Shown: piece after piece, positions 39,887 through 53,559 of the stretch
Layout: each line of letters begins with the position of its first letter
Numbering within the stretch: the stretch's first letter is position 1
DNA from: Eledone cirrhosa
Lineage: Eukaryota
NCBI GenBank assembly: GCA_964016885.1
Contig: OZ024740.1
Span: forward strand, 80,786,001 to 80,850,000
Length of the DNA: 64,000 nt
Direction of reading: 5' to 3'
Made by a program: the position numbers and the translations under genes
Notes under the pieces: model-generated
What the model saw: the letters and a program-made list of their open reading frames with translations, nothing else
Databases searched by the model: none
Told to the model about the DNA's origin: nothing

Positions 39887-41225
39887 CAAAGGTTCTCAAC
39901 CTATTTCGGCCAAACGCCCAAAATCACCCTATTTTTCCATTTTTCAATATACTACTGATTTTGATATCAGTAGATTACTAAAAAACTGATTAACGATATT
40001 CCAAAGATAACATTGCAGGCAGTTGAAAGTATAAATACATTCATTGAAAGGAAGTATATACATTTAAAAAAAAGGAACATAAATGTTCTTTTTTATGAAT
40101 AAGGACCAGTTGAATTTCTTATATTCCCACCAGACGATACAAGCTATTTTGAACGTTTATACAAGAGCAACTATGTCTATCCAAAGAGTGCTCTTATCTG
40201 GAAGAAAGTGGAAATTGTATTATTTCAAAGCTTTCCAATTTTCCCTTTAATGAAACGGACAGAATAAATGTTGATATCTAACTTGATGTCCCCTTCGCTT
40301 TGTGAGCTTAGAGACCACGCAAGAGGGTTTTCATGAAACGTAAGAGGTTATATTCATTAGTAAACAGTAAAATATATACAACAAATGAGTAAGTGAATTG
40401 TGGTAGATGGTTTCCAGTTCAGTCAGACGGCAACTACAAATAAAAAATCGACTCACTTTCACCTCGTATCAATGGGACCCTTGAGCTTCATGGAGTTTAG
40501 CTAACTCTTTGACGTCAGGCTGGATTTTCGTGAGCTCTAGCCGGAGATCTCCACGTGCAATCACATTGTAACGGTTGCGAGCCTTACTATGCAGTCTGGA
40601 AACAACGCCAAACCCCCTCTCGACTAAGTCTGAGCTAGGAAAAGGCAAAGCAAATCTCTTAGCCTCTGCACGTAAGAGTGAAAATCGACACTGAATTTCC
40701 TCTTGCATCCAAAAAAGGGGTTCACCTATTTTGGAAAATTTAATTTTCTTAATGTCATCTGTCTGAATTCAATTAATTCTTCCTGAAATTTAAGGTCGAA
40801 ATCGTCGACATTAGATACGAAGGGATCTGCTATCCACATTGGGATGTCCATCTGCAAAAAGTCGACAAACCGTTCTCTCATGTTGTCTTGTAGTGCGCGG
40901 AGGTGTGCGGTAGAGATTTGGAGTTGATCATCGCTCACAATGTTTTGAACATTGGCGACACTAGGAAAATTATAGAATTCCCGTCGACAAAGATTCCTTT
41001 CGATGACTTTCAATTTGGCCAGGAATATTTTCACAGCATTCCTTGCTTTAAACAAGGCGATCTTCTCCTGCTGCAAAGCCATAATGAGGCTACTGCATTT
41101 GTCGAAGATGTCGGTGAGGTAGGCGCAGTCTTGCCTCACATCGAGGTTTTTTTATACAGTTCTGTGTTGCGTCCTCGAAGAAACTCAATGATAGAGTCGA
41201 ACAGTTCAAAGAAGCAACATGCTAT
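39887..41225 (-). mobile_element. hAT (Buster/Charlie-type) transposon 3' half
   Basis: TIR-like CAAAGGTTCTCAACCT preceded by ATTTAAAA (NTNTANAN pattern). Transposase has FFELFDSIIEFL, AYLTDIFDK, WIADPF and LPFPSSDLVERGFGVV..RGDLRLELTKIQPDVKELAKLHEAQGSH. Confidence 0.88.
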
Positions 41226-41676
41226 CTAGATTGAAGGTGGTACTTTGAAAAGAGTTCTTCAATCCTTCAAGGAATTGAAGTAATGGAACTACAACGTGCA
41301 ATCCAAGAACACATTGGCCCGGAGAGTGACACGTAAGAATAACATTAGCTCTGGATGCAATGTTGGTGCCAAACTCATTTGTTGCCTCTTGTAAAGAAAT
41401 AGGGACATCTGAATAATTGTCAAGAAGGGCTTTGACTGCAGAAAGTCGTGTTAGCCATCGAGTACGGCACACAGGGGTTAAGGAGCGTGGTGACGATACT
41501 TCATTTTCTTCATCATGTTGTGATAAATACGCTTGCTTAAATGTCCCTGATGTACTATATAGTTTCCGCAATTCATTCACGTAATCTAGAACAGTTTTGA
41601 TAAGTGAAGCTTCTTGAACGGACTTAGTTATACTAAGTTGAGAAATATGAATGCCGCAGTGCACGTAATGGGCCAA
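41226..41676 (-). pseudogene. hAT transposase fragment of a different lineage (ZMYM1/Tip100-like)
   Basis: AHYVHCGIHISQL (CxxH), LTPVCRTRWLTRLSAVKALLDNY and ASRANVIL..LKNSFQS. Confidence 0.8.
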
Positions 41677-42125
41677 ATCAAGTTATGTTAGAATCTTTAA
41701 AAAGATCTTTAAAAAATACCCGTACGAATTAAATACAAAAAAAGTTTCAGTCCAAAACAAAAGCAAACTATTTCAAATTATATATTTTTGAAAAATAGAT
41801 GTGAATGTTCTCAAAGACTTGATTTCAGTCGAAAAACCTTTCTTTTAAATTCTATATTTCACTGTTAGCTGTTGTAATATTTTGATTGGATAAACAATTC
41901 TACAATTCAAACTGTAAAGTCAAAATACAAAAGATGTAAAATATGAAGAATTTCTTACCTTTCTCTGAAATCATAAAACTCAGGGTAAAAATAGTACCTT
42001 ACAAAATAAAATACTTAGCAACGAATGAATTGAGAAGCTTGGAGACAGTGAGAACGTAGTATTTGTATCCCTTATATATATATACATAGATACACAGACA
42101 CACACAAACACACATAGACGCGCAC

Positions 42126-42172
<47 letters not shown>

Positions 42173-42324
42173 CACACACAAAGTTGTGTGTGTGTGTACC
42201 TTGGTTTGGGTACAGAAAGAATTTTGTCTTCAGTTTTTTATTGCCAGGTCAAAGGCCACTGGTCTTTTCAACAACGCAAAATAACAACGCTCCACACACA
42301 CACACACACACACACATACACACA

Positions 42325-42382
<58 letters not shown>

Positions 42383-42768
42383 TGGTCGTTTCTACCTAAC
42401 TTAATATTTGAAAAAAAAACGGTCACGTATCATTTACCTCTATTTTTTTCCTTATGTAATTATAATCTACCATCTCTATCTCCCTCTCTTCGTTTTTATC
42501 TTCATCTCTATATCTTTTCCTTTTCTCCTCTATTTAGCTATCTCTCTCTCATTTGTTTTTTCTCTAATATTTACATATTTAAATATTTAAATATTTAACA
42601 TTTATGTACTTATGTGTTTATGTATTTTATTTATCTATTTATTTACTTTGTTCTACACTTTTTCCTACTCACCCTCTCCATTATATGTAGTTTGTCATAA
42701 ATATTGAGTTTTGTGATAATTAATCACTGCCACCATCAGCACAGTTGATGTATGTCATACATCAATTT

Positions 42769-42840
42769 ATATATTTTATCTGATGAGGACGTACTGAGGA
42801 AACAGCACAGTACTTCCGAAATATATATAATAAAATATAT
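42769..42840 (+). ncRNA. Minimal type I hammerhead ribozyme
   Basis: 11-bp stem I ATATATTTTAT/ATAAAATATAT, CTGATGA, stem II GGACGTACTG/CAGTACTTCC, GAAA, palindromic stem III (AT)n, AUA site. Confidence 0.85.
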
Positions 42841-44775
42841 TTGATTACATGAATGTCTATATTTATTAATATTTTGAATTAATATTAATAACTCCAGAAA
42901 ACCTACGGTTGAGTGCTTCTAATCTATTGTAAAACTATATTCATTGATTAATGAATGAATCTTGTTTAACTTTTGGTTATATATATATATATATATACGC
43001 GTGCGTGTGTGAATAAAAATAGTTCAACGAATTCAAGATGTTTCACTTTTTACTCTATCACTATCCGAAGCTTCATTATCAGATAAAGTTATAACGTCTT
43101 TTAGCAGATATTTTCTCTTATCATCGACATAACCTCACGCTTATTTAATATTCAGTAGGCGTACAATTAATTTGCATATATAGAAATGAAATCCTTTGAA
43201 CAATATAATACGCAATTCAATAAACATTTTGCACACTTTATATAGAAAAAGTACTTTGAACAAAATTACATGTAATTTAATAAATGAATATATACGTTTC
43301 ATATAGATTATGCAACCAGTTATCTAACATAACGTAATATTTCAAACATTCTTTGTCAGACTCATTTTTATCACTGATCGCAATGCCTTGAGAACTAAAT
43401 AACTGTCTTATATGAAAGCTGTAGTAGCGAATTCGTATTTGTTGCAGTGAAAAGGTTTCAAAATGTAAGCACATTTCGTGTGAGTTTAGATTTGCATAAT
43501 CATCAGGAGAGTTGCTCACATGTAGGAGTGCCTTGAGCTCGAAATATTTCTTCTGATGTTATTGTTAGATAGCTGGGAAAAATATTTAAGTATAATTTCG
43601 GTAAATGCATTTTGTGTAGAACACGGCTTTCTTTCCATATAACAAGCTCAGTAGATTTGGAGATATCCTTCATTGCCTTTGAGGTAGTGGAATAATGATT
43701 TTGCCATGCTAGGAGTTTCATATCTCCGTTAACATTCTACCCTGACCTCAATGTGAGATAATCTTAATATTTCCTCTAATCTTCCATGATTTGAATGCAT
43801 GTTCAAGTTATTCAGAAATGAGAGTGCATAGTGACACATAAATGTGCACGCACATAGAAAAATATTTACGAATACAAATATATATATAGATGAATGTATG
43901 TGTTTAGAATTATACATAAATATATCGTTTACAGAATTTATAGTCAACATGCATAGAAAGATATCGTTCCTATATCAGAATGGCCGGGTGTCTTTGGCGC
44001 ATTTTATAGCTCGATATTTTCCCTGCAGTCGATGCAGTTACATCACCTAACTAGGTAAGCTTCAATTACTCTAACCATTCAATATTGATGTTTTTAGGAC
44101 ATTCAGTCTGAGTATTTTCTCACCGTTATTAATTCTGTATTTTCCTTTCATGATAACGGACTAAGACATTTTGGCTATAAAATACTACATACAGCTCTTT
44201 GTGTTATAAAGAAATAGGACCTTTTTTCACATGAAAGCACTCTGTTACATTCTCAATGTATCACCAATGTAGAAATCAGAATATTGTATGGAAATCCCAC
44301 CATGTTCGAATATGTATGATTAAGAAGTTAGGTTCATAACGACGAGGCCCTGCCTCCGAATACATAACGGAATACCCTGCGTAGGAACGTCCTACTATTG
44401 AAAATGTGGAGAAAGTTGTCTTAGATAAAAATATGTGAATGGTATGGACCCGTATCTAGGGTATCTTAAAACCAACCTGAGCCCATCGCGTCGCCAGATC
44501 AGAATACAGCAGATTTCTTCCTGAGAAGGATAGAGAGCGAGAGAAAGAGATATAGAGGAGGGGTCGATCCCAGTTCTAGATTTATACACTTTTTTTATCG
44601 GGTTTATATAGATGAAATGCAAAGTTGACCTTGGTGAGATTTGAAATCAGAGAATAGATTATATCGGACGTTCTAACGACGCTGTCAATTCACCGCATGG
44701 ATTTTAAATCGGTTAAAAATAGACCCAGATAATGTACACACACACACACATATATATATATACACACAAATATAC

Positions 44776-44810
<35 letters not shown>

Positions 44811-45755
44811 TATACATATATACATATATATGTTTATATACACACACATTTAAAAAGTTCTCCAGAAATGCTGTATGTCAATATGGTGACCTCCGACATC
44901 TCAGGACTTGCGGGTTCATACCATACCATATACACCTCTATCATATCTAAACACAGCCTTAGTACTACCACCAATTAAATATAAACAACCAACCTCTCAC
45001 TATATACAAATGATCACATCCAGACGATGTTTTATATTTGCTCTATGTAAATGAGCAACTGTAAGTGATAATCACGCAAAATTCTCTATATTTCTATAAT
45101 TCTATAGACTATTTCATGCCCATATATTCTCAGTGAATCTCACTGAGGAAATATTAACAAATCTTAAAACATTCTCAATATACTGGCAAATCTATGATAT
45201 ATTTATAGAGAGAAATAGAGACAAAAAAAAAAGAGTTCATTTCCTTGTGTTTTGTTTTCCCCCGGGAAACATATTTTTCTTATATTGTATACACATTTAT
45301 TATATGTGTTCATATATGTATTCGTATATACGTCTATTATGCTTATATATATATACTTTCACTTAAAGTAGCATCCTGAAATGGACGTAATAATAACTAT
45401 TTTGCAATTTTAGCAGTCACGCTTGTTTAAATTTTATGCATAGCAGCCAAAACATATAATAAATTATATATACACAATATAGGTAACCGAGTCTGTGCTC
45501 ATGTACAATATGACTTACCGCAATATGAGTAAATTCTTTACACTTTCAGTAAATGTTTTTCTACTGGTTATTCACTGAATTTTCTGGTTTCTCTCTCAAT
45601 ATAATTTGACAGACCAAATTTTGTTTTTCCTGACGAAATGGTGCAGATAAATCAATGTATTATCAGTGTGTTTACATCAATAAAATAATTATTTTTACTG
45701 ATAATTATGGACTAACTGTATATTTATCTGCATTAATCGAAATTTTTTCTTGTTT

Positions 45756-45921
<166 letters not shown>

Positions 45922-46399
45922 TGGGTGGGTGTGTTTGTGTATTTTAAATAAACATTGAAACACCGTGTAAATTGGAATATTTTCTTAGAAATGAAGATAA
46001 TATCGAACGTAGGAGTTAAGCTGGGAAATATGTTTTTTGAAAATCAAGTAAAATTACTCCTATAGACGGAGAAATTGGCCAATAAATTTTACTACATCAG
46101 ACCTTTAGTTTCACCTTTGTTTTCACCAACTGCGAATATGCTTTACCTACTAAAACACCAGCCAATACTTCTTCCAAGAATACACAAGAGATTTACAAAA
46201 ACTCATTAGATCTGGGATTAAATAAAACACTGTCCATCTTTATGCATGTCACACAAACGACTAGTTGACATGCTAAGTATCGAACTCGAATCTATCTAGT
46301 GTAAATTCTGAAACCGCAAAAATCGGCCCCACTGCTGTGGGCTGTAACGTGTTTACTTCAATCACCAAAACTGATGATTATTATGATTGATTCTACTTT

Positions 46400-46785
46400 T
46401 TCCACAAGACCTGCATTTTAAAGGGAAGAGGAAACGTTGATTACTGGTACTTTATTTATTCTGGTACTTTATTTATTTATGGAAAAGTGCTTTACTGGTA
46501 CTTTATTTATTCATCCAGTGAAGATGAAGGCCAAAATTAATCTAGGCAGGATTTAAACTCAGGAGGTAAAGAGTCGTAACTATATGCCATAAGATATATC
46601 CGACGCTCTATTGACACTATCAGTGATTATAATAATTGTTTCTACGTTTGGCACAAGGCCAACAATTACCCAGTGCATTACTGGTACTTTATTTTATCGA
46701 CCCCGTAAGGATGAAAGGCAAAGTCAACCTCGGCGGGATTTGAACTCAGATCGTTAAGGGACGTAACTATGCTGGAAAGCATATT
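46400..46785 (-). mobile_element. Two adjacent OK-like SINE copies
   Basis: TACTGGTACTTTATTT...GGATGAAAGGCAAAGTCAACCTCGGCGGGATTTGAACTCAG and a more diverged copy just upstream. Confidence 0.85.
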
Positions 46786-48319
46786 ATAATAATAATTCAT
46801 AATTGCGTTTTCCCTTTCGAAATCTAATTAGTTTTTCCCCACATCGATATGTTAAAGAATATTGAATTGTGGTGTAAGTCTTAATACTGGATTCTGTTCC
46901 ATATAAATGAGTGTTTACACTTGTTGGAATGAGAGAGGGGAATATTAAAGAAAACAACATCGAATAGTGTGAAGAGGATCGCCATATTTGCAACTATAGC
47001 TATTTGTGCCTCGCAATGAGCAGGGGAATGCATTAGAATTTATTCATAAGATGAAATGAAACAATTGAGATTATATCAACATGTAATTTTATGACAGAAA
47101 CTAGAATATCTTTATGTGATAAAAAGTGTGTGGAAAAGGCAAACTTGTGGACAAATAAAGAAAGAATGAGAGATGACAAGAGAGTGAGAGTGAGTATTAT
47201 AGAAGGCAATTGGCTTATTAAAAGAAAACGTATATTACAACAAAGCGCAATGTTTGAGTAAAAGAAGATATTGTGAACTCCCCACAAAAATATATAAATA
47301 TCATCCTAATCATACAACGCTTTGTATATTCATACAAGAAACAAAATTAATGGTATTACATTTGTAAATAAATCATGAACATGTTTTTTAAAGTTTGGTC
47401 TCCAAATAAGAGAAAAATGAACCAACACGCTGAATGAAAAAAAATCTCTGGAAATATTTGAATAATCCCTGGGAATGAGAAAAACAAAATACAAGAACCA
47501 AGTTACAGGGAAATATGACCAGAATTCACCAGTTTTACAAGTTCTTATATTTAAATAATGATTTCTTTTATTATATTTAAATATTAAGGCGCTAAAATAC
47601 ATTTTCAAGAGAAATTGGAATGATTTAGTCATATCAATAAACAAAATCTGCAGAATAGAAATCCGACATAGCGACATGTGTAACAAGAAAGAGAGAAAAG
47701 AAAAATAGAAGAATGCCTGAAAAAATAAGCCATGTATTGGGAATATTTTCATTATAAAATTTTGTAAATAAATCATTTATTTATGTAATAACAATAAGTA
47801 CTATAAAAATCTCTGAATGTAAATATTTACATTTAAAAAAAAATAAAACGAGGCAAAATAACAAGATTGTTTGGATTTCATGTTTGCATGGCACTGTAGA
47901 ATCTTGTAAATTCTCTTGGCAATAGAACGAAAAATGTCCTTTCATTCTTTTATTCTTTAACTGGTTTCATGATGGAGAACTGCGTTAAAGCGATTTAATC
48001 GATCATACCGACAACAGTATTTATTCCTTCACGTTTAGTATTTATTTTATTCATTTCTATTTAACACAGTGCTACGTTACTTGATAATTAACACGGGTTG
48101 TTCAGTAGTCTGGACGTAACCACAGGGACAGAGGCCCACAGACAAAAAACACAGTTTCCGAATCCAAAATTTCACTCACAAGGCATATGACAACCCTAAT
48201 CTATTGTAAATGACATATATCTAATATAACGCACTGGAACTGAACTTGAAACCAGGACGTTGCGAAGCGAACTCCTTAAACATTTAGTTATGCCTGGACT
48301 TATACAACGTATAAGCTTA

Positions 48320-50214
48320 AAGGTAGTAGTAATATAGTAAAACAGTAATACACCATATACAAATAATATACCATATACCCTAAAATGGGAAGTAATAAAC
48401 CACCTAAAAACTCTGTAACCTTTGCCTCCTTGAGTCTTGCACTATTATTCAATCAAATCTCAACCTGCTACATAGAAAATCAGAAATCTTCTCCACGTGT
48501 CCACATCACCACAGATATTCGTTCTACTATTTCAAACCAAATAGCTAATATATAACAGTGTCGGATATATTACTTTAAACTTATTTCATTCGCTTTTTGT
48601 AATTATATAACTACACCTTTAACTTTAACAAACCACACCACATATATCCTATCTGATATCCTTTTCTCTTATTTAATTATCATATCATCACCATAACATA
48701 TATATATTAATAAACTCCTTCCTATATCTCATATCTAATACAAATCATATTTTTCTTAATAAAAAAATAAATAAACACTTTATGTACCCTACTATGCTCT
48801 CCATCCTTACTTCTAAAATAATATATAACACTAATTAAATAGCTGACAACAGTGACCACAGCATAAATTACTCCAATATATATATATTGCCATATATTAT
48901 ATAAATCCCTATCTAGTTATTAATAATGTAACTCTCTTTACACAATCTGAATAAATAAGAATAACAAATAACTTTTATATATAATTGGTAAATGATCAGT
49001 AATAATAATTTATAATATTTATAAATATTAATTTATAACACCGTTTAATGAATGATAATGTTTAATAGATAATAAACAATAATTTAGAACAATAAAACAA
49101 CCCTTCTTATATTGTCAGCAATACTTATATTGCCAATCTTAATACTTCCTTAATTACCTCCCTTTGTTATTAACTCCTCTTATGGATATTGTTCTCCTTA
49201 TTTTTTAAATTCATAACGCTAAAACAATTTAACAACAATTTTTACCATTAGACTTCGTCTAATAACTCTTAATAGAACTCGTATATATAGCAAAGTGAAC
49301 TATTTCTTAATAGAAGATTTAAAGATAGGAATGCATTCTATAATATATTTACTATATTAACATGGCTAATAATACACTGAAATAAATCATTACTACACAC
49401 ATATTTGTAAACTGTACACATCACAAACACATTAGAACTAAAATTAAAAACATTCCAGGTACACTACATTTGCTACACTACACTCAACATAAACATTTAT
49501 ACACGAACTCTAATATAAAAATTCTTGAATGACGATTACCTATCTCATATACTTACGTTTTTTTGCAGTTATTCATTTTATCAATACATATTTCTTTACG
49601 ATAATGCATGCCATTTTTTGACATCTTTAACACTTTTAATATGCTTTAACATTCTGTATGAAATATGCTTGATTTATTCATTTTATAACTCTTATCTCAT
49701 GCATGCCTTTATTAATTTTTGCATTATATACCCTTAATATTACCTTCTTTTCAATGTTATGATATCTTTTATCTATCTTGTCTAACACCTTTTTTGCTTG
49801 ATATCTTTTGCACATGTATTACTTTAAAGAATATCTTTAAAAATAATATGCTCAATATTTCACTTTTCACCATTGCTCCTTATACTGTGATACCTGTAAC
49901 ATAACATATTTTTGTAACTCCTGCTTTTAATATGATGTCACTGATACTGTCACTAGTTATGCATCTTTATCAATGTTCTGAAGACTAGGATAATAATTAC
50001 TTGTTTAATTGTGTATGCTCCGATGATTCCAAACATTCGTATGGAAGTAGCAATTGTCAGCATTTCAATGTATTAAACTAAAATTTGATTGTTTTATATT
50101 TTGTACCTCGGCTCTGTAATACATTTGACAATTTACCTTGAGCCCTTTCCCTTACCGGTAATTGGCCATATTTATAATTATATATAACTCATATATAAGT
50201 ATAAATATTATTAT

Positions 50215-50215
<1 letters not shown>
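48320..50215 (+). mobile_element. Highly decayed AT-rich Penelope-like remnant ending in a degenerate hammerhead and (TA)n
   Basis: Vestiges such as PKMGS and DIRSTIFKP. ATGCT-CCGATGA-TTCCA..TGGAA-GTAG-CAATTG-TC-AGCAT at 50015-50063. Confidence 0.45.
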
Positions 50216-50305
<90 letters not shown>

Positions 50306-50379
50306 CAGCAGCACTAGCATAGTTTTATAACGCTTTATTAAATCATATTCAACATGTTTTCGTATAATGGTTTCTGACT

Positions 50380-50812
50380 TAGACGCAATGCAAACAATAT
50401 TTGTGAGAGAGTAAAGTCAATTCAATCGACCCCAGTGCATTACTGGTAAATTACTTTATCGATCTCGTAAAGGTGAAAGACAAAATTAACCTCGGTCGGG
50501 GAAGTTTGAACTGAGAAGGTAAATAGCTACAAACTCTATGCTGCAAATCATGTTGTCCGACGCTTTAGGGTTGCTGTCAATCCGCTACCCTATGTTTCTG
50601 TATAACACACATACATGAGTCTCGCTATGAGTATTTTTGTTAGTTTATTTTGCTTTCCTACCAATATAAAGGCTTCAAGCTCGCATTATATGCGAATAGA
50701 GTTCAAATCCCGCCGAGGTTGACTTTGCCTTTCATCCTTGCGGGGTCGATAAAATAAAGTACCAGTAATGCACTGTGTAATTGCTGGCCTGGTGCCTAAA
50801 GTAGAAACAATT
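50380..50812. mobile_element. Two OK-like SINE copies (minus ~50380-50590; plus ~50699-50812)
   Basis: GAGTTCAAATCCCGCCGAGGTTGACTTTGCCTTTCATCC..GGGGTCGATAAAATAAAGTACCAGT and a diverged reverse copy. Confidence 0.8.
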
Positions 50813-51014
50813 ATATGCGAATAAATATGTGTACTATATTCAAAAATTGATATAACACAGTATATTTTACCTCAGTACAGAATATGTAAACATTACTGAA
50901 GATGGATAAACCTTCCGAGGTAGCTGTGACATGATCACAGAGTTAAACACATATAACAAAGCTTGTGTATGTTTATTATACCTAAAAGCATTGTATATGC
51001 TTTCATATACGCGT

Positions 51015-51048
<34 letters not shown>

Positions 51049-51147
51049 ACGCGTATATGAAAGCATATACAATATATATATATATATATAAGGCTCTGAT
51101 ACCATCAACACTATAAACACAGAGCTGGCATATCTAAGAACTGACTA

Positions 51148-51203
51148 ACTGCCTGATGAGGTCATAGCCATTCAATGGCTATCATCGAAATATATATAGC
51201 AGT
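51148..51203 (+). ncRNA. Minimal type I hammerhead ribozyme
   Basis: Stem I ACTGC/GCAGT, CTGATGA, stem II containing ATAGCCA/TGGCTAT, GAAA, palindromic (AT)n stem III, AUA site. Confidence 0.8.
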
Positions 51204-51256
51204 AAATAAAGGATTATGAGTTCATGCAATTGACTTATATTTCGTCACTATATATA

Positions 51257-51445
51257 AAGGGTGGTGGATTGGCAGTATCGGTAGAGAGTCGGACGGCATG
51301 CTTTGACGCATAGAGTTACGGCCCTTGCCATTCTGAGTTCAAATCCCGCCGAGGTTAACTTTGCCTTTCATCCTTACGGGGTCGATAAAATAAAGTACCA
51401 GTAATTACTGGCTAATTGCTGGCCTTGTGCCAAAAGTAGAAACAA
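51257..51445 (+). mobile_element. Full-length OK-like tRNA-derived SINE
   Basis: GGTGGTGGATTGGCAGTATCGGTAG (A box), GAGTTCAAATCCC (B box), body and AAAGTAGAAACAA tail. CTATATATA on both sides may be a TSD. Confidence 0.88.
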
Positions 51446-53559
51446 CTATATATATATATGCCAGTATGTGTATGTGTATGTGTTTACGGGCCTAGCAAGT
51501 TTTTAAATTGCCAGTTCGAAATTAGATTGATCGGTTAAATGCATGCAATCGGTCTACAATTAATATATCAATGAATCAACGACCAGTTTACTACCACTAG
51601 ATCGATTCTTCTTCTTCTTCTTCTTCTTCTTCTTCTTCTTCTTCTTCTTCTTCTTCTTTTCTTCTTCTTGCACATCAGACAGCTACAATTATGCGAAACC
51701 CCTCAATGGTTGTAACTAGCTTGCAAAGGTAAGATTAGGGTGCGTGTGGTCCATACTCTCAGGTGGGTGGAAATTCGGTCATTCACTCAGTATATGTTTA
51801 GTAGTGGGCTCTGACAAGCTAGACAAGCAAGTTGCTGAACGACACAGCCCCCACGCATGAAACATGTTGAGATCTGACTCTCACAGCAAATGAACACGAC
51901 ACCTATAGATAATATAGTGAGTGCTAAATAATTTTTTCTTAAAAAGACGAAATATAGATTCCAATCAGTGCTAACCTGACACATAAACCTTTTTGACTTT
52001 GAACAGTCAACGAAACGAAACTTCTTGCCTTCGCTTCCTTAATCGGTTAGATAAAGCTGGAAAATCCTCCTTCAAATACACCGTACTACATGATAAGTTA
52101 AGATTATTCTGAATATAAATGTATAAATTAGATTTCAATGGATGGGGGAAACATCTCCCCCCTGTTATATTAGCCACAGGTTAGACTTTATTGAGTATAA
52201 CCATTATGAAATGTATTCCAAACGTAGCTATCATGTTTCTTTTTTATATATATATAGGATATATTAACCAATGTATTATTCCCCTAAAGGATTATGCTGC
52301 TCTTTATTGATATAATACAAAATGACAGTGACCAGTGTAGTTAGTTATAATAGTTAGACCTCCATCGTTTCCGACAACGAGGGCTCCATTTGATTCAATA
52401 AACAGAAATACCTGCTCATAAAATTTTACCTATATGGTTGCTAAGCATCGCATAGAAACATGTACTCCTAACGTTATAATAGGGAAGAGACTATAGTACA
52501 GCGGGTATATAATGAAATATATATATAATATTGTGTGGTTATAATAAAGTACAGGGTGACTAAATAATATAGTGTAACAATCGTGCGGTGCTCATATAAC
52601 ACATCATGCTTTCAATATTGTATGACTATATTTTGAGGATTATAATACATGTTGGTTACAACACGTGGCTTAGAGGTAAAAAGTATTTATCTTGCTGTCG
52701 TATGTTGAAGGTTTCTCCCCTCCACCCTAATAGTCGGCGTGTCCATGAAGTAAGCATGCGGGTTCAGTTCTCTCGAAGGAAAGAATGTGTTTCAGCAGTA
52801 GCTGGATGTTCATCTTCTGTCGGGCTGGCGTCCTGTGTAAGAGGTTTATTGTACACTTAATCGCTTGATTCCATATGCACCCATGATATACTCAAGTCCC
52901 AAGTATCAAGAAAGATTTAACTTCTAACAATAACACAGTATGTCTATAACATACTATATATAAGTGTAAAACAAAGTGTTATTAACATTGAGAATAGTTC
53001 TGCAATAGATCAACTTAGGCAGCTATGACTCAAACCATGTAGATATAGTGGAAATACATTTCATTTCACACGCCCAATAGTTTGTGTTTATTTAATTACA
53101 ATCTCGAGGCTTTGGCAATAAATTTTGTAAAGTTGCACTGAAAATGTTATTTCTATTGATTATTTACACAGTGCCAGACATTATAGTAGCCTAGAACACA
53201 CTGATAGCTAAACTAGTCTAGAAGAGTTACCATCATCGGAAGGATAGAAAGAAGCGCCCATACCGCTGGGGGTTGAAGTAAAAACATAGATGAAAATTAA
53301 GACGCTTTATTAGTTTTGTAAATTTACTTTCATTCTATAGACATTAACCTTTTCATTTAAGCAAATACAATGATTTTTTATTGAAATGAAATGGGAAGAT
53401 GTGGAGTTCAAAATTTCCAAATGTTTATTAGGATTACTATATTTAAGAAGAATGTACGGTCTGAAATTTAGTTGTTGAAATTACGTACATAGAAGGAAGA
53501 CAATTTGCTTCTCTTTTCAATTTATTTTAAAGGCATATCACCCAATAATATTATAGAGA

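Noticed and set aside
50895-50960. CTGAAGA near 50897 as a hammerhead
   Set aside because: No GAAA core or stem I partner found.
51257-51445. tRNA genes
   Set aside because: The A/B boxes belong to multi-copy SINE heads and no cloverleaf is evident.
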